The notes: generated by a model not told the origin, from the sequence alone. DNA of 43,018 nucleotides from Gammaproteobacteria bacterium (GCA_028871235.1 JAGWNO010000001.1:1-43018); one strand, 5' to 3'. Positions 8,550-20,398 are shown, counted from the first letter of the stretch. Made by a program: numbers and translations.

Positions 8550-9308
8550 TCAACTGCGCAGATACGACGCGCCGTTCACGTCGAGGATGCAGCCGGTGGC
8601 GTACAGCATGCCGTCGGCGGCGAGCCGGATAACGGCTTCGGCGATTTCCTCCGGCGTGGCCACGCGGTTGAGCGGGCTTTGCTTGCGGATGGCGTCGCCT
8701 TGCGGGCCGTCCAGCAGTTCCGCCGCCATGTCGGTGCGCACGAAACCGGGCGCCACCACGCCCACGAAGATATTGTATTGCGCGAGCGCCCAGGCGAGCG
8801 ACTGGGAAAGCTGGTTGAGCCCCGCCTTGGCGGCGCCGTAGGCCGGGGCGTCCGGCTCGCCGCGGAACGCGCCGCGGGAAGAGATGTTGATGATCTTTCC
8901 GCTGTTCTGTTTCATCATGATTTTCGCCGCCAGAAAGCACAGATTGGCGGGGCCGACAAGATTCGCGTCCAATGTGCGCTTCCAGGTGGCCTGCCAATCG
9001 GCGTAGCTCAGGTCTTGCAACGGTTTCACTTCGTAGATGGCGGCGTTGTTCACCAGCACATCCAGCCGGCCGTACCGCCCTACCACCTCGTTGACCAGCT
9101 TTTCACCGGCGGCGGGATCGCTCACGTCTGCCCGGAATGCGGCGTGTCCCTGACCCGACAGCGAGCGCGCCAGTGCTTGCGCCTCGGCACCGCTTGAGCG
9201 GTAGTGCACCGCCACGGTGCCGCCGTGGTGCGCGAAGGCGGCGGCGATGGCGCGACCGATGCCGCGGGCGGCGCCGGTGACCAGGATAATTTGATTGGAG
9301 AAATCCAC
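8550..9308 (-). CDS. SDR-family oxidoreductase (FabG-like)
   Basis: 252 aa with TGAARGIGRAIA (cofactor-binding TGxxxGxG), NNAA, and a catalytic S...YGAAK motif. Confidence 0.9.
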   Translation of the reverse strand: MDFSNQIILVTGAARGIGRAIAAAFAHHGGTVAVHYRSSGAEAQALARSLSGQGHAAFRADVSDPAAGEKLVNEVVGRYGRLDVLVNNAAIYEVKPLQDLSYADWQATWKRTLDANLVGPANLCFLAAKIMMKQNSGKIINISSRGAFRGEPDAPAYGAAKAGLNQLSQSLAWALAQYNIFVGVVAPGFVRTDMAAELLDGPQGDAIRKQSPLNRVATPEEIAEAVIRLAADGMLYATGCILDVNGASYLRS

Positions 9309-9408
9309 GTATCACCCCGCATCTTTCCTTCCCCTCAAGGGGATAAGGAATAAGGAAGAAAATCCGTCACTTGGTTACAATCGCATGCCCATTTTATGGG
9401 AGCAAGTA

Positions 9409-10080
9409 ATGGCGGATTTACTGGATTGCGTGGAAGTTGAAACCGGCGCGTCGCCCGAAGCCAGCGTCATCTGGCTGCACGGCCTCGGCGCCGACGGCCA
9501 CGACTTCGAGCCGATCGTGCCGGAACTGAAACTTCCGGCTTCGGCGGCCGTGCGTTTCGTGTTCCCCCACGCGCCGGTGCGGCCGGTGACGCTCAATAAC
9601 GGCTACCCGATGCGCGCCTGGTTCGACATCGTGAAGATCGGCCTTCACCAGCCGCGCGACAAACACGGCATGCTGGTCTCGCGCGCGGCGCTGGAAGCGC
9701 TCATCGCCCGCGAAAACAGCCGCGGTATCCCCGCCTCACGCATCGTGCTCGCCGGGTTTTCCCAGGGTGGGGCGGTGGCGCTCTACACCGGGCTGCAATA
9801 TCGCGAGCGACTCGCCGGCATCATGGCCTTGTCCACCTACCTGCCGCTGGTGGATGGCTTCGAACTCACTATCAGCCAGGCCAATGGCGGTGTACCCATC
9901 TTCTACGCTCACGGCACCCAGGACCCGGTGGTGCCGCTGCAGCTCGCCGAGCACACACGCAGCGAACTCACGGCCCGCGGCTGCGCCATCACCTGGCATA
10001 CCTATCCCATGCCGCATGCGGTGCATCCGCAGGAGATCCTGCATATCCGCGCATGGCTGATGGGCGTGGTGCCGCAATAA
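9409..10080 (+). CDS. Alpha/beta-hydrolase carboxylesterase/phospholipase (carboxylesterase 2 family)
   Basis: 223 aa from MADLLDCVEV (GGAG at 9398-9401). Motifs: WLHGLGADG, nucleophile elbow GFSQGG, HGTQDPVVP, and a His near the C-terminus. The upstream part of the 261-aa track ORF lacks homology. Confidence 0.85.
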   Translation: MADLLDCVEVETGASPEASVIWLHGLGADGHDFEPIVPELKLPASAAVRFVFPHAPVRPVTLNNGYPMRAWFDIVKIGLHQPRDKHGMLVSRAALEALIARENSRGIPASRIVLAGFSQGGAVALYTGLQYRERLAGIMALSTYLPLVDGFELTISQANGGVPIFYAHGTQDPVVPLQLAEHTRSELTARGCAITWHTYPMPHAVHPQEILHIRAWLMGVVPQ

Positions 10081-10247
10081 CCAGCCCGGGGAATGAAACG
10101 GATTTTATTGGGTCTATGACCGTAAGTTGTAAACGACGACAGGCTTGCACCCGCATGGCAGGTGACTGTCATTGTTCATCAGAAGCAAGTCACCAAGGGA
10201 TCTCACCCACGGGCCGGGCATCAAAGACCGCCATTGCCGGCCGGCCT

Positions 10248-11897
<1,650 letters not shown>

Positions 11898-12067
11898 GAC
11901 GAACTCCTAATGACGAGACGCGGATGGAGCGGATAGACAGGCCGGTTTTTATAGCACACTCCGGCAGCAGCGTCCCCCCGGTTATCCCCCGGGAGCGTAC
12001 AGAGCGCACCCAGACCCGCGTACCACCTGCCCGTGTTGTGTGTACGGTTGAGTGCAGCCGGTGGCGA

Positions 12068-15000
12068 TCAGTGCTCGATGCTGTAGATCAAATCCGCGCT
12101 GCTGGCGATGCCGGATTCCGCCTCCAGTATCCACTTGGTGCTCAGCTGGTAACGGATGCGCACGGTGTTGATGGGTTGGTAGAGACCCACGCCGTAGCTG
12201 ATGTAGAGCCGCGGCGAGAGATATTTGCCGAGAAACATGGCGGCGGTGCTGCTGCCGTTGGCGAGCGCCACGTTCTGCACGCTCACGTCGCTGAGCCCGA
12301 TGCGTTGGCCGACTTCCGCCGCCAGCACCTGGCCGCCGGCCAGGGCCAGCGAGGAACCGGTGGTGGTGGGTGGCGCGCCGATGAGCGGTGACTGGCTCTG
12401 ATCCACGCCGGTCTGGCCGGTGAGCAGGTAGGACAGCAGTTGCGACTGCGGCAAAGGCGGATCGGAGAATAGCAAGACCTGGGGATCATGCAGCGTGCCG
12501 CGCACGGTGACGCCGACTTTCTGTTCGTTGCCGCCCGGCACCAGCGTTTCGGGATGCGCCGGCGGACGCAATGCGCGGATGTCGAGTGCCGGATTGGAGA
12601 TGATGCCACCGTTGAACATCAGGCGACCGCGGTCGATATCGAGTTTCTGGCCGTAGGCGGTGTAATGGCCGTCCACGATCTGCAGTTCGCCGCTGCCGCT
12701 GGTGTAGTGACCGGGTTCGTCCACTGCCAGCACGCTGCCGCTGATGCGGCCGGTGAGGCCGAAGCCCTCGATGCTCACGTCATCGCCCATGACGGCACGC
12801 ACGCGTGTGTGTACGCGCCACTGCTCCGCAGCCGGTTCGCCGTTGGCGCCGACGATCACCTGATCCGAAGACACCTGCGCGGCCTGTGACAGGTCGCGCG
12901 GCCGCAGCCGCGCATCGGGCACCCGCACCTCGCCGTCCAGATACAGATCGCGCCCGCTGAGTTTGAAGCTGAGCGTCGGTGACACCTCCACCTGGGCTTC
13001 GGGAATATCCGCAACGCGGAAATTCTCGCCCTGCAGCGTGCCTTCGGCATGCCACGCGCCCGCCTGTTTCACCGCCCGACTCTGATAGTCGAGCGTGCCG
13101 TTGCCGGAATGCGCCTGGCCGTCGAGCGTGAGAGCGCTACCGTCACCCTTGAGGTTGAGCAGCAGGTCGCGGATGTGCAGACCGACGCGCGGCACGCTCA
13201 CCGCGCCGTCGTGCAGTGAAGCGCTGCCGCTGAACTTGGGATCGGCAGGCGTGCCGGCGAGCGTCAGGTCTATCGAGAGACGGCCGCTCAGGCCACCGAC
13301 CTCCGGTATGAGCGCCGGGATCAGGTCGAAATCGTGCATTTCGCCGCTGATCCGCCCGCTCAGGGCGGGGCTCCCGCCGCGCGTCATGCGGGTTTCGATG
13401 TGCATGTAACCGCCGTCTTTCAGCGTCCAGCCCAGGGTGCCGGTCACGCCGCCGGTATCGGCCCGCAGCCGGGCCGCGCCGCTGCTGAAGCTGAGCAGCG
13501 CCACGCGCCGGCGATTGATGAGGTTGTAGATGGCGCCGGGCGAGAGATCGGCGCTGAGATCCACCACTTCTCCCGCCGCGCCGCCGCTGGCTGTCAGCGT
13601 ACCGCCGAAGCTGCCCGCGAATTCAAGACCCGACGGCAGCAGTGCGCCGAGATCAGCGAGCGGCACCGCAGCGAGCGTGGCCTGCGCTTTCCAGGACTGT
13701 TTCTGCCAGTCGGCCTGCAGGCAGGCCCGCGCCGCCTCCTGGGTGAGGCAGGAGACGGCGAGCGCGGCGCGGCTGGACGCGATGCTGATCGGCCAGGGAA
13801 CCTCATTGCGCCATTCGCCCGCAGCGCTGGGTGCGAAACGCACGCTGGTGAGCGCGCCCTGCCAGTGGTTGCGGAGGTAAGCGCCGTGACCGGCCACGGA
13901 CAGTTTCCCCAGGGGGGAGCTGAGCGCCATGTCCAGCGTATGGGCAGCGAGCGTGCCGCGCGCCGCGGCGGTGAGTTCATCCACGGTGACTTGAGGGAGC
14001 GTAAGATCGCGCACAGTGAATGTGGCCTTGCCGTTCGCGGCCGTGCCGTCCATGTGCACGCCGAGATCCAGCGCCTGCAGCGCATATTTCTGATAAGCAA
14101 ATCGCCGGGCTGCGAGCGTGAAGGCAATCCGTGGCGTCGCGCCGCCCAGTGCCGCGCGGCCAGTACTCTTGAGACTGCCCCGCAAGTCCGGCCACAGCAC
14201 TGCCAGCGCCGGCGCATCCACATCCCATTGCAGTCGCGGCGTGCCACCGAGGTCACCGCTGATCACCGCGCGATTGTCGCCGACGCGCAGCTTGAGTTTG
14301 TCCACGCTCCAGGCCGTGCCTGCGTGTGTCAGCGTGCCGGAGGCTGCCAGCGGCGCGCCGCGCAGGCTGCCCGTGAGCTGCGTGAGCGCGAGTTGCCAGC
14401 GGCGTCGCGGGCCGTGCGTGCCCGAAACCGCCGCATCAAAACCGAGGCGGCCGGCCAGCTCCGGCCAGATGCGCTCGGGATCGAGCTGCTGGCCGCGCAC
14501 GGCAAGCCGCCAGTTGCCGCTGTTACCGTGGCGAAAACGGCCGTGCGCCTGAAGTTTTCCGCCGAGCCACGCGGCGTTGAAACGGTCCAGCTGCGTGTGC
14601 GTGGTGTCGCCGTGGGCGGCGAGCCGCCAGTCCATGGCGGGCAGCGCGGCAGCCCCGCGGATGGCCGGCACATGCAGCTCGAATCCGCTGGCGGCGGCGG
14701 TGAGGCGCCATGCATTGGGCGGTTGGAGCGCGGCCGTGGCTTGCGCTTCGAAACTGCCGCCGTCGTTGAGCGTGCCGTCCATGACGAGTCGCACCCGGCC
14801 CGCTTGGCCGGTGAACCTGAGTCTGCCCCGGGGTGAGGAGAGCCAGGGCCCAGCGTCCGCTTCACCCATGAGCGGCAGCGCAAGGTTCTGCCAGGTGCCG
14901 CTGAGGTCGGGCTCGATCGTGTTGCCGGTAAAATGCAGCTGTCCGCCCAAGGCCAGACGCATGCTGCCGGCGGCGCGCTCCAGGTCGAGACGGCGCACGG

Positions 15001-15946
15001 TGAGGGTGTCGCCGGCAAGCCGCAGTTCGAAACGCTCCCGCCAGTCGCCGGTCCCGGGCTGGTGCATGCTGCCCGCGCCGCTCAGCAGGGTGGCGGCGGG
15101 ATCGCCGCTGAAACGCAATTCGCCGCGCGCCTCGGCTGCCGGCCAGCTGGCGCGCAGGCGCACCGGATCCAGGCGACTGAAAGCCAGCCTGCCCCGCCAA
15201 CGCGGTGCGCGGAACGGGTCCTGCAGGTCGGCCTCCGCACTCAGGCTGAACGGCGCGTTTAATCCGGCTTTAAGGCGGATAAGCCCCGCGTCTCCCGCCG
15301 CCTCCGCGTGGCCGGCGAGTGCCGTACCCTGCGGCAGGGTGAAGTTCCAGTCGAACGACGCGTTCACGCGCTCGCCGCGGTGAAACTCCCAATCGCCGCG
15401 ACCCGCCAAACGCAGGCCGGCACCTGCGGCGCGCAGACCGCGCAGCGTCCAACTGCGGTTGTCGAGCCGTGCCATCAGCGAGAGATGGGCGATCTGCAGC
15501 GGGCCGGTGAATTGCGGCGCGCGCACCGTCAGCTGGCTTACACTCAGGTCATTGAGTGAAATGCTGAGAGGCAGATGCGGTGGCCGTGGGCGCACGAAAC
15601 GGAACGGCGTGTGCCGTGCCGCGGGCGCGAGCTCAATCTGCACGCCATCGGCGCGCAGATGCGAGATGCTCGCGCGCCGTACGAGCAGCAGCAGCGGCTG
15701 CCAGTCGAGGCTGAGGGTGGTGATGCGGGCGTGGAAACCGCCACCGCGGATTTTCACGTCCCTGAGTATCACCGGGCCGGCAAGCGTGCCGTTCACGCCG
15801 CCCACTGTCAGGCGTCCGGCGTAGTGGGCGCTGACCTGTGCCACCACCCAGGTGAGTGCGGTTTCGCTGTGCAGCGCGAACAGCGTTGCACCGGCCAGCA
15901 GCAGCACCAACATGGCGAGGGCGGTGATGAGGAGGCGGCGCATCAC
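12068..15946 (-). CDS. tamB: Translocation and assembly module subunit TamB
   Basis: 1292 aa with an N-terminal signal-anchor, a long beta-rich repetitive body, and a C-terminal DUF490-type end (LGKYLSPRLYISYGVGLY...LSTKWILEAESG). It lies directly downstream of tamA. The start is GTG 15946 or ATG 15943, overlapping the tamA stop (GTGATG). Confidence 0.9.
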   Translation of the reverse strand: MMRRLLITALAMLVLLLAGATLFALHSETALTWVVAQVSAHYAGRLTVGGVNGTLAGPVILRDVKIRGGGFHARITTLSLDWQPLLLLVRRASISHLRADGVQIELAPAARHTPFRFVRPRPPHLPLSISLNDLSVSQLTVRAPQFTGPLQIAHLSLMARLDNRSWTLRGLRAAGAGLRLAGRGDWEFHRGERVNASFDWNFTLPQGTALAGHAEAAGDAGLIRLKAGLNAPFSLSAEADLQDPFRAPRWRGRLAFSRLDPVRLRASWPAAEARGELRFSGDPAATLLSGAGSMHQPGTGDWRERFELRLAGDTLTVRRLDLERAAGSMRLALGGQLHFTGNTIEPDLSGTWQNLALPLMGEADAGPWLSSPRGRLRFTGQAGRVRLVMDGTLNDGGSFEAQATAALQPPNAWRLTAAASGFELHVPAIRGAAALPAMDWRLAAHGDTTHTQLDRFNAAWLGGKLQAHGRFRHGNSGNWRLAVRGQQLDPERIWPELAGRLGFDAAVSGTHGPRRRWQLALTQLTGSLRGAPLAASGTLTHAGTAWSVDKLKLRVGDNRAVISGDLGGTPRLQWDVDAPALAVLWPDLRGSLKSTGRAALGGATPRIAFTLAARRFAYQKYALQALDLGVHMDGTAANGKATFTVRDLTLPQVTVDELTAAARGTLAAHTLDMALSSPLGKLSVAGHGAYLRNHWQGALTSVRFAPSAAGEWRNEVPWPISIASSRAALAVSCLTQEAARACLQADWQKQSWKAQATLAAVPLADLGALLPSGLEFAGSFGGTLTASGGAAGEVVDLSADLSPGAIYNLINRRRVALLSFSSGAARLRADTGGVTGTLGWTLKDGGYMHIETRMTRGGSPALSGRISGEMHDFDLIPALIPEVGGLSGRLSIDLTLAGTPADPKFSGSASLHDGAVSVPRVGLHIRDLLLNLKGDGSALTLDGQAHSGNGTLDYQSRAVKQAGAWHAEGTLQGENFRVADIPEAQVEVSPTLSFKLSGRDLYLDGEVRVPDARLRPRDLSQAAQVSSDQVIVGANGEPAAEQWRVHTRVRAVMGDDVSIEGFGLTGRISGSVLAVDEPGHYTSGSGELQIVDGHYTAYGQKLDIDRGRLMFNGGIISNPALDIRALRPPAHPETLVPGGNEQKVGVTVRGTLHDPQVLLFSDPPLPQSQLLSYLLTGQTGVDQSQSPLIGAPPTTTGSSLALAGGQVLAAEVGQRIGLSDVSVQNVALANGSSTAAMFLGKYLSPRLYISYGVGLYQPINTVRIRYQLSTKWILEAESGIASSADLIYSIEH

Positions 15947-17697
15947 AGGTCGGGGCCGATGCTGATGTGGATGCGGTACCGGTCGAGGTCGGGACGCTTC
16001 ACCGGGTGCGCAACGTCGAAACGCACCATGCCCACCGGCGTGCGCCAGCGCAGGCCCAGGCCCACGCCCTTCTCCAGGGAGGTGGTGAAGCTGTTGGCGG
16101 CGTTGCCGGCGTCCATGAATGCGGCTACGCCGAACACGCGCCCGAACATGTGATCCACCTCCAGGCTGCCCACCGTCACGTCCTTGCCGCCGATGACGTT
16201 GCCGTTCTGGTCGGTGGGGCCGATGGAATCGTAGGCAAAGCCGCGTACGCTCTGATCGCCGCCGGTGAAGAAGCGCTGCGACAGCGGCAGTGCAGCGAAG
16301 CTTTTCACCGCCGTGGCGCCCAGCTCGCCGCGCAGCAGCAGGCGCGTCTGCTCACCGAGCGGCAGAATCAATTTGGCGAACAGATGCGCCTGTACGAAGC
16401 TGGTGCTGGAACCCCAGGCAGTGTTGGCGGCGCGCAGATCGAGTGACAGGCGGTAGCCGTGGGTGGGATAGAGGGGGTCGTCGCTCACGCTGCGCAAGAA
16501 GGTGCTGCCGGGCAACACCAGGGTGCTGGTGGTGTTGCCGCTGGGCAGGTCGCTGCGGTCGTGCTCCAGTTGCAGGTACTGGTTCCAGGACCAGGCGTCG
16601 AGCGAGGTGTAACGGTTCACGCCCAGGATGCTGGTATAGGCCACGCTGCTGCCGTTGTATACCTGGCGGGTGTTGCTCAAGCCGTACACCAGCTGCGGCC
16701 CGTTGGGGGTGGGTACGGTGTAGTTGAGCTGGGTGCTGGTGAGCACGTGGGAGTACTGGCCGAGCACCGAGAAGCGGTGACCTTCGCCGTTCAGCCGCCG
16801 GTTTTCCCAGCCGAGGGTGGCGCGCGGGCCGGTGTCGGTACCGTAGCCGAGCCCCAGGGTGTACTTGTTGCGCTTGCGGGGCGTGAGCGTGATGCGGATG
16901 GGGATGCGCCGGTCGTCGCCCGCCTGGTCCCGCAGCACCGCCACGTCCACGGAACTGAAATAATCGGAGTCATTCAGGGCGTATTCCAGCGCCAGCAGCT
17001 TGCCGGCATCGTAGGGGTCGCCGGGTTTGAAGCTGAGGTACTGCGCCAGGAACTGGGGATCCATGAAATCCTGCTGGAAGCTGACCGCGCCGAAGTAGTA
17101 GCGCGGACCGGTGTCGAAATGCAGCACCACGTCCGCCCAGTATTGCGCCGGGTCCACGCGCAGCACGTTGTCGGTGAATCTGGCGTAGATATAACCGCGG
17201 TGCGCGGCGATCTCCTGCAGGCGCCGCTTGACCTCTTCGTAAATGGGCTGGTTCAACTGCATGCCCGCTGCCAGCGGCAGGACCGCCAGGTATTTCATGA
17301 AAGCGGCATCGTGCTCGCCGGCACCCGCCAAACTCACGTCCAGGTTTCGCACCTGCACGGGTTTGCCCAGCACGATGGTGTAGTGTGCCAGCCAGCCGTC
17401 CGCGGTGGACTGCAGATCGCTCTTGATGTCCGGCCGGTAATAACCGAATGGTTCCAGCGCCTTCTTTATTTCATCCGGGGCGCGCGCATTGAGCCGCTCC
17501 ACCAGGCTTGCGTTCAGGCCGGGCGCGTCCCGGTAGGTGTTGATGCTCAGGTAGGCCAGCACATTCTTGAGCAGCGCGCCGCTGACGCCTTCGGTCTGAA
17601 CCGTCACATGCGGAGCGGCGGCCCGCGCCGTGATGGCGGCGAGCGCCAGCAGCAGGCCCATGAGCGGTAAACCGCAGCGCAGCGCCGGCTGCATCAT
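15943..17697 (-). CDS. tamA: Omp85-family outer-membrane protein TamA
   Basis: 584 aa with a signal peptide, POTRA-type N-terminus, a C-terminal beta-barrel, and a terminal aromatic-rich strand. It is paired with tamB. Confidence 0.9.
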   Translation of the reverse strand: MMQPALRCGLPLMGLLLALAAITARAAAPHVTVQTEGVSGALLKNVLAYLSINTYRDAPGLNASLVERLNARAPDEIKKALEPFGYYRPDIKSDLQSTADGWLAHYTIVLGKPVQVRNLDVSLAGAGEHDAAFMKYLAVLPLAAGMQLNQPIYEEVKRRLQEIAAHRGYIYARFTDNVLRVDPAQYWADVVLHFDTGPRYYFGAVSFQQDFMDPQFLAQYLSFKPGDPYDAGKLLALEYALNDSDYFSSVDVAVLRDQAGDDRRIPIRITLTPRKRNKYTLGLGYGTDTGPRATLGWENRRLNGEGHRFSVLGQYSHVLTSTQLNYTVPTPNGPQLVYGLSNTRQVYNGSSVAYTSILGVNRYTSLDAWSWNQYLQLEHDRSDLPSGNTTSTLVLPGSTFLRSVSDDPLYPTHGYRLSLDLRAANTAWGSSTSFVQAHLFAKLILPLGEQTRLLLRGELGATAVKSFAALPLSQRFFTGGDQSVRGFAYDSIGPTDQNGNVIGGKDVTVGSLEVDHMFGRVFGVAAFMDAGNAANSFTTSLEKGVGLGLRWRTPVGMVRFDVAHPVKRPDLDRYRIHISIGPDL

Positions 17698-19628
17698 TCG
17701 CTACCCGTCAGGTTGTGGATGGTGAGGGCGGGCAGTGTCTCCGCCGGCGTGAAGCCGAAGAGGCGCGCGTAGAACGCCAGCTCCGCTTCCAGAGTGTGGC
17801 GCAGGGTGTCGCCGCGGCGGAAACCGTGACCCTCATCCGGGAAGCCGAGGTAGGCCACCGGCACGCGGTTGCGGCGTAATGCCTCCACCATGCGCACAGT
17901 CTGGTCCGGCGGCACCACCCGGTCCTTGAGGCCCTGGAAGAAGATCACCGGAGAGCGGATGCGGTCGGCGGCATACAGCGGCGAGCGGGCGCGGTAGAGT
18001 GCGCGCGCCGCCGGCCAGGGACCCAGCAGGCTGGTGCCGTAATGGGCCTCGAATTTGTGGGTATCGGTCATGGCGGTGGCGAGTTCACTGATACCGTAAT
18101 AGACAGCACCCGCGCGGAAACAGTCGTGGAAGGCGAGCGCGCACAGCGCGGTGAAGCCGCCGGCGCTGCTGCCGCTGATGATGAGCCGGTTTTCATCTGC
18201 AAGTCCCTGTGCCACCAGCCAGCGTGCCGCCCGTATACAGTCTTCCGCGTCCTTGACGCCCCACTGACCACGCAGGCTCTGGCGGTAGGCGCGGCCGAAA
18301 GCGCTGCTGCCGCGGTAATTCACATCCATCACCGCGAAGCCGCGGCTGGTCCAGAAGCGGATACGCAGATCCAGAGCGTCACCGCTCATGGCGGTGGGAC
18401 CGCCGTGGCATTTCACCATGAGCGGCGGCTTTTCACCCGCCAGCGGCGTGCAGTGCGGATGCTGCGGCGGGTAATACCAGGCATAGGCGTGCTCGCCATC
18501 GCCGCCGGGGAAACGCATGGCTTCGGGTGCATGCATGAAAGTCGCGGGAATGTCGCTGGCATTGTCGCCGGCGAGCACCTGCAAGCGTCCGCCGCGGCCG
18601 GCGATGATCGCCGGTGGCATGGCCGGCGCGCCGGCCAGCAACGCGTAGTGCTCGTCCTGCATGCTCAGGTGTTCGATCTGCGTGTAGGGGGTTGTCAGCG
18701 GCGTGACGGTGCCTGCCGCGGTGATGCGCACCAGTACCGAGCGGCCCGCCTGGGTGCGCGCCGCTAGGATGCCGCCCGCGGCGTCGAAGCCGTAGCTGGA
18801 CATGCCCAGGTTCCATTGGGCGAAGCCGTAATCTGCGGGATCCCGGGTGACGGCGGTGATGCCGCCGCGCGCATATTTGTACAGGTTCCAATAACCGCTG
18901 CGGTCGGAGACGAAATGCAGGATCCCGGCGGGCGAGAAGCGCGGCTGGAACAGTGACTCCTCCGCCCCGCCGGCGATGCGCTGCATGTTTGTGGGGATGC
19001 CCGCCGCATCGAGTTCCGCGAGCCACAGCTCGCAGCCGTCCCAGGGCATCTGTGGCGGATCCCAGCTGAGCCAGGCGAGCCGGGTGCCGTCCGGGCTCAG
19101 CGCCGGCGAGCTGTAGAATGCGCGGCCGCAGGCCAGACCGGTGACGCTGCCGCTGTCGGTATCCACCGCCGCCAGGGTATTTACCGGCGCGCCGGCGGAA
19201 CCGTGATCTTCACGCACGCACACCAGCCGCCGCCGCTGACCATCGGGAACCAGGTCGGCGAAACGGCAGGCGACCGCCCCGGTGAGTTTGCGCACCGGGC
19301 CGCCGCCCGCGCTCTGCATGTGGAGCTGCTGATCCATATCGTTGACGAAGTAGATGGAGCTGTCGGTGACCGCATAGGCGCCTCCCCCGTATTCATGCAC
19401 CCGGCTTCTCACGCTGTACGGCGCCGGTGTCAGGTCGAGGTTGTGTTTGCCGGGACGGCCGCGTACCAGCACGCAGCGTCCGTTTTCCGCGGGCCGGCTT
19501 TCCACCCAGTACACGTATCCGCCCGCCGCCGTGGGTTGCATACGGCGCACGCTGGCGGCGGCCACCCGCGCCGCGCTGATGGGCGAGCGCCAGCTGCCGC
19601 AGGCGGCCGCACGGGGCGTGGCTGTCAT
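17694..19628 (-). CDS. S9-family serine peptidase (prolyl oligopeptidase / acylaminoacyl-peptidase type)
   Basis: 644 aa with an N-terminal beta-propeller region and a C-terminal alpha/beta hydrolase domain. The nucleophile motif is GSSAGG, and FQGLKDRVVP and GFPDEGHGF supply the Asp/His. Confidence 0.9.
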   Translation of the reverse strand: MTATPRAAACGSWRSPISAARVAAASVRRMQPTAAGGYVYWVESRPAENGRCVLVRGRPGKHNLDLTPAPYSVRSRVHEYGGGAYAVTDSSIYFVNDMDQQLHMQSAGGGPVRKLTGAVACRFADLVPDGQRRRLVCVREDHGSAGAPVNTLAAVDTDSGSVTGLACGRAFYSSPALSPDGTRLAWLSWDPPQMPWDGCELWLAELDAAGIPTNMQRIAGGAEESLFQPRFSPAGILHFVSDRSGYWNLYKYARGGITAVTRDPADYGFAQWNLGMSSYGFDAAGGILAARTQAGRSVLVRITAAGTVTPLTTPYTQIEHLSMQDEHYALLAGAPAMPPAIIAGRGGRLQVLAGDNASDIPATFMHAPEAMRFPGGDGEHAYAWYYPPQHPHCTPLAGEKPPLMVKCHGGPTAMSGDALDLRIRFWTSRGFAVMDVNYRGSSAFGRAYRQSLRGQWGVKDAEDCIRAARWLVAQGLADENRLIISGSSAGGFTALCALAFHDCFRAGAVYYGISELATAMTDTHKFEAHYGTSLLGPWPAARALYRARSPLYAADRIRSPVIFFQGLKDRVVPPDQTVRMVEALRRNRVPVAYLGFPDEGHGFRRGDTLRHTLEAELAFYARLFGFTPAETLPALTIHNLTGSE

Positions 19629-20398
19629 GGCGGCGCTCCGACGACGTGGAAGCCGCGCATCTCCAGCGGTTGCCCGGCGGCATCGAAGCGGCGTTCCGTG
19701 AAGCGCAGGGCGCCGTGCTTGTGCATGTGGATCACACTGGAGCAGCGCGTGCCATAAACCGCATTCACCACGAAAGGCGGCGATACCTGACGCTCGCGCT
19801 CCACACCGATGCCGGTATCCGGCAGTTCCGCGTCCGCTGCAGGTGTGCGGTCCGCAAGTAACTGGAACAAGGCGGCGCTGCCGAGTGCATCGTGTTCCAG
19901 GAGCTGTTTCAGCCGCGTGACACTGCGTTTCACTTTCGGCCAGGGGGTGTCCAACAGATGGTTGCTCAGTCCATGGATGCCGGCAGGGATTTCCCGTGGT
20001 GGAGCATCCTCGCGGTTGGAGAAATACCAGAGCGCTTCCCGGCTGCCGATGACTAGGCTGAAGGCGCCGTATTGCTGCGCGCGCTGCGCGACTTCTCTTA
20101 TATAGTTCTCGGCCGGTGCCTCATTGCGCAGGAAGCGTGCGGTGAGTTCGCCGCGCGAACGTGATGCCTGTTTTGGGTTGGGCCCCTCGCGGTAGTTGGT
20201 GACCACGGCGAAGCGCCCGCCGCTGGTCACGCCCAGCCAGGTGCCGCCGGCTTCCAGATCGCGGCCGGCCAGCAGTTGCGGCGCATCCTCCCAGAAACCC
20301 AGGGCACTCGCCGGGCGCGCGTGCAACTCGTCGCGGTTACCGGCGAAGATCAGCGGGTAGTCAGGATGCGATTGCCAGGCGAACACCAGCAGGCACAT
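19625..20398 (-). CDS. NRDE-family (TANGO2/DUF833-like) protein
   Basis: Starts MCLLVFAWQ...IFAGNRDE, the family-defining N-terminal Cys and NRDE motif. The 15 codons upstream in the track ORF are not needed. 257 aa. Confidence 0.85.
   Translation of the reverse strand: MCLLVFAWQSHPDYPLIFAGNRDELHARPASALGFWEDAPQLLAGRDLEAGGTWLGVTSGGRFAVVTNYREGPNPKQASRSRGELTARFLRNEAPAENYIREVAQRAQQYGAFSLVIGSREALWYFSNREDAPPREIPAGIHGLSNHLLDTPWPKVKRSVTRLKQLLEHDALGSAALFQLLADRTPAADAELPDTGIGVERERQVSPPFVVNAVYGTRCSSVIHMHKHGALRFTERRFDAAGQPLEMRGFHVVGAPP

Noticed and set aside
13334-14836. 500-aa plus-strand ORF (and several other ORFs of 100-270 aa in 12.2-15.9 kb)
   Set aside because: It is antisense or out of frame within tamB and has an Arg/Ala/Gly-dominated composition. 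The tamB frame is continuous for 1292 aa and has the family-typical C-terminus.
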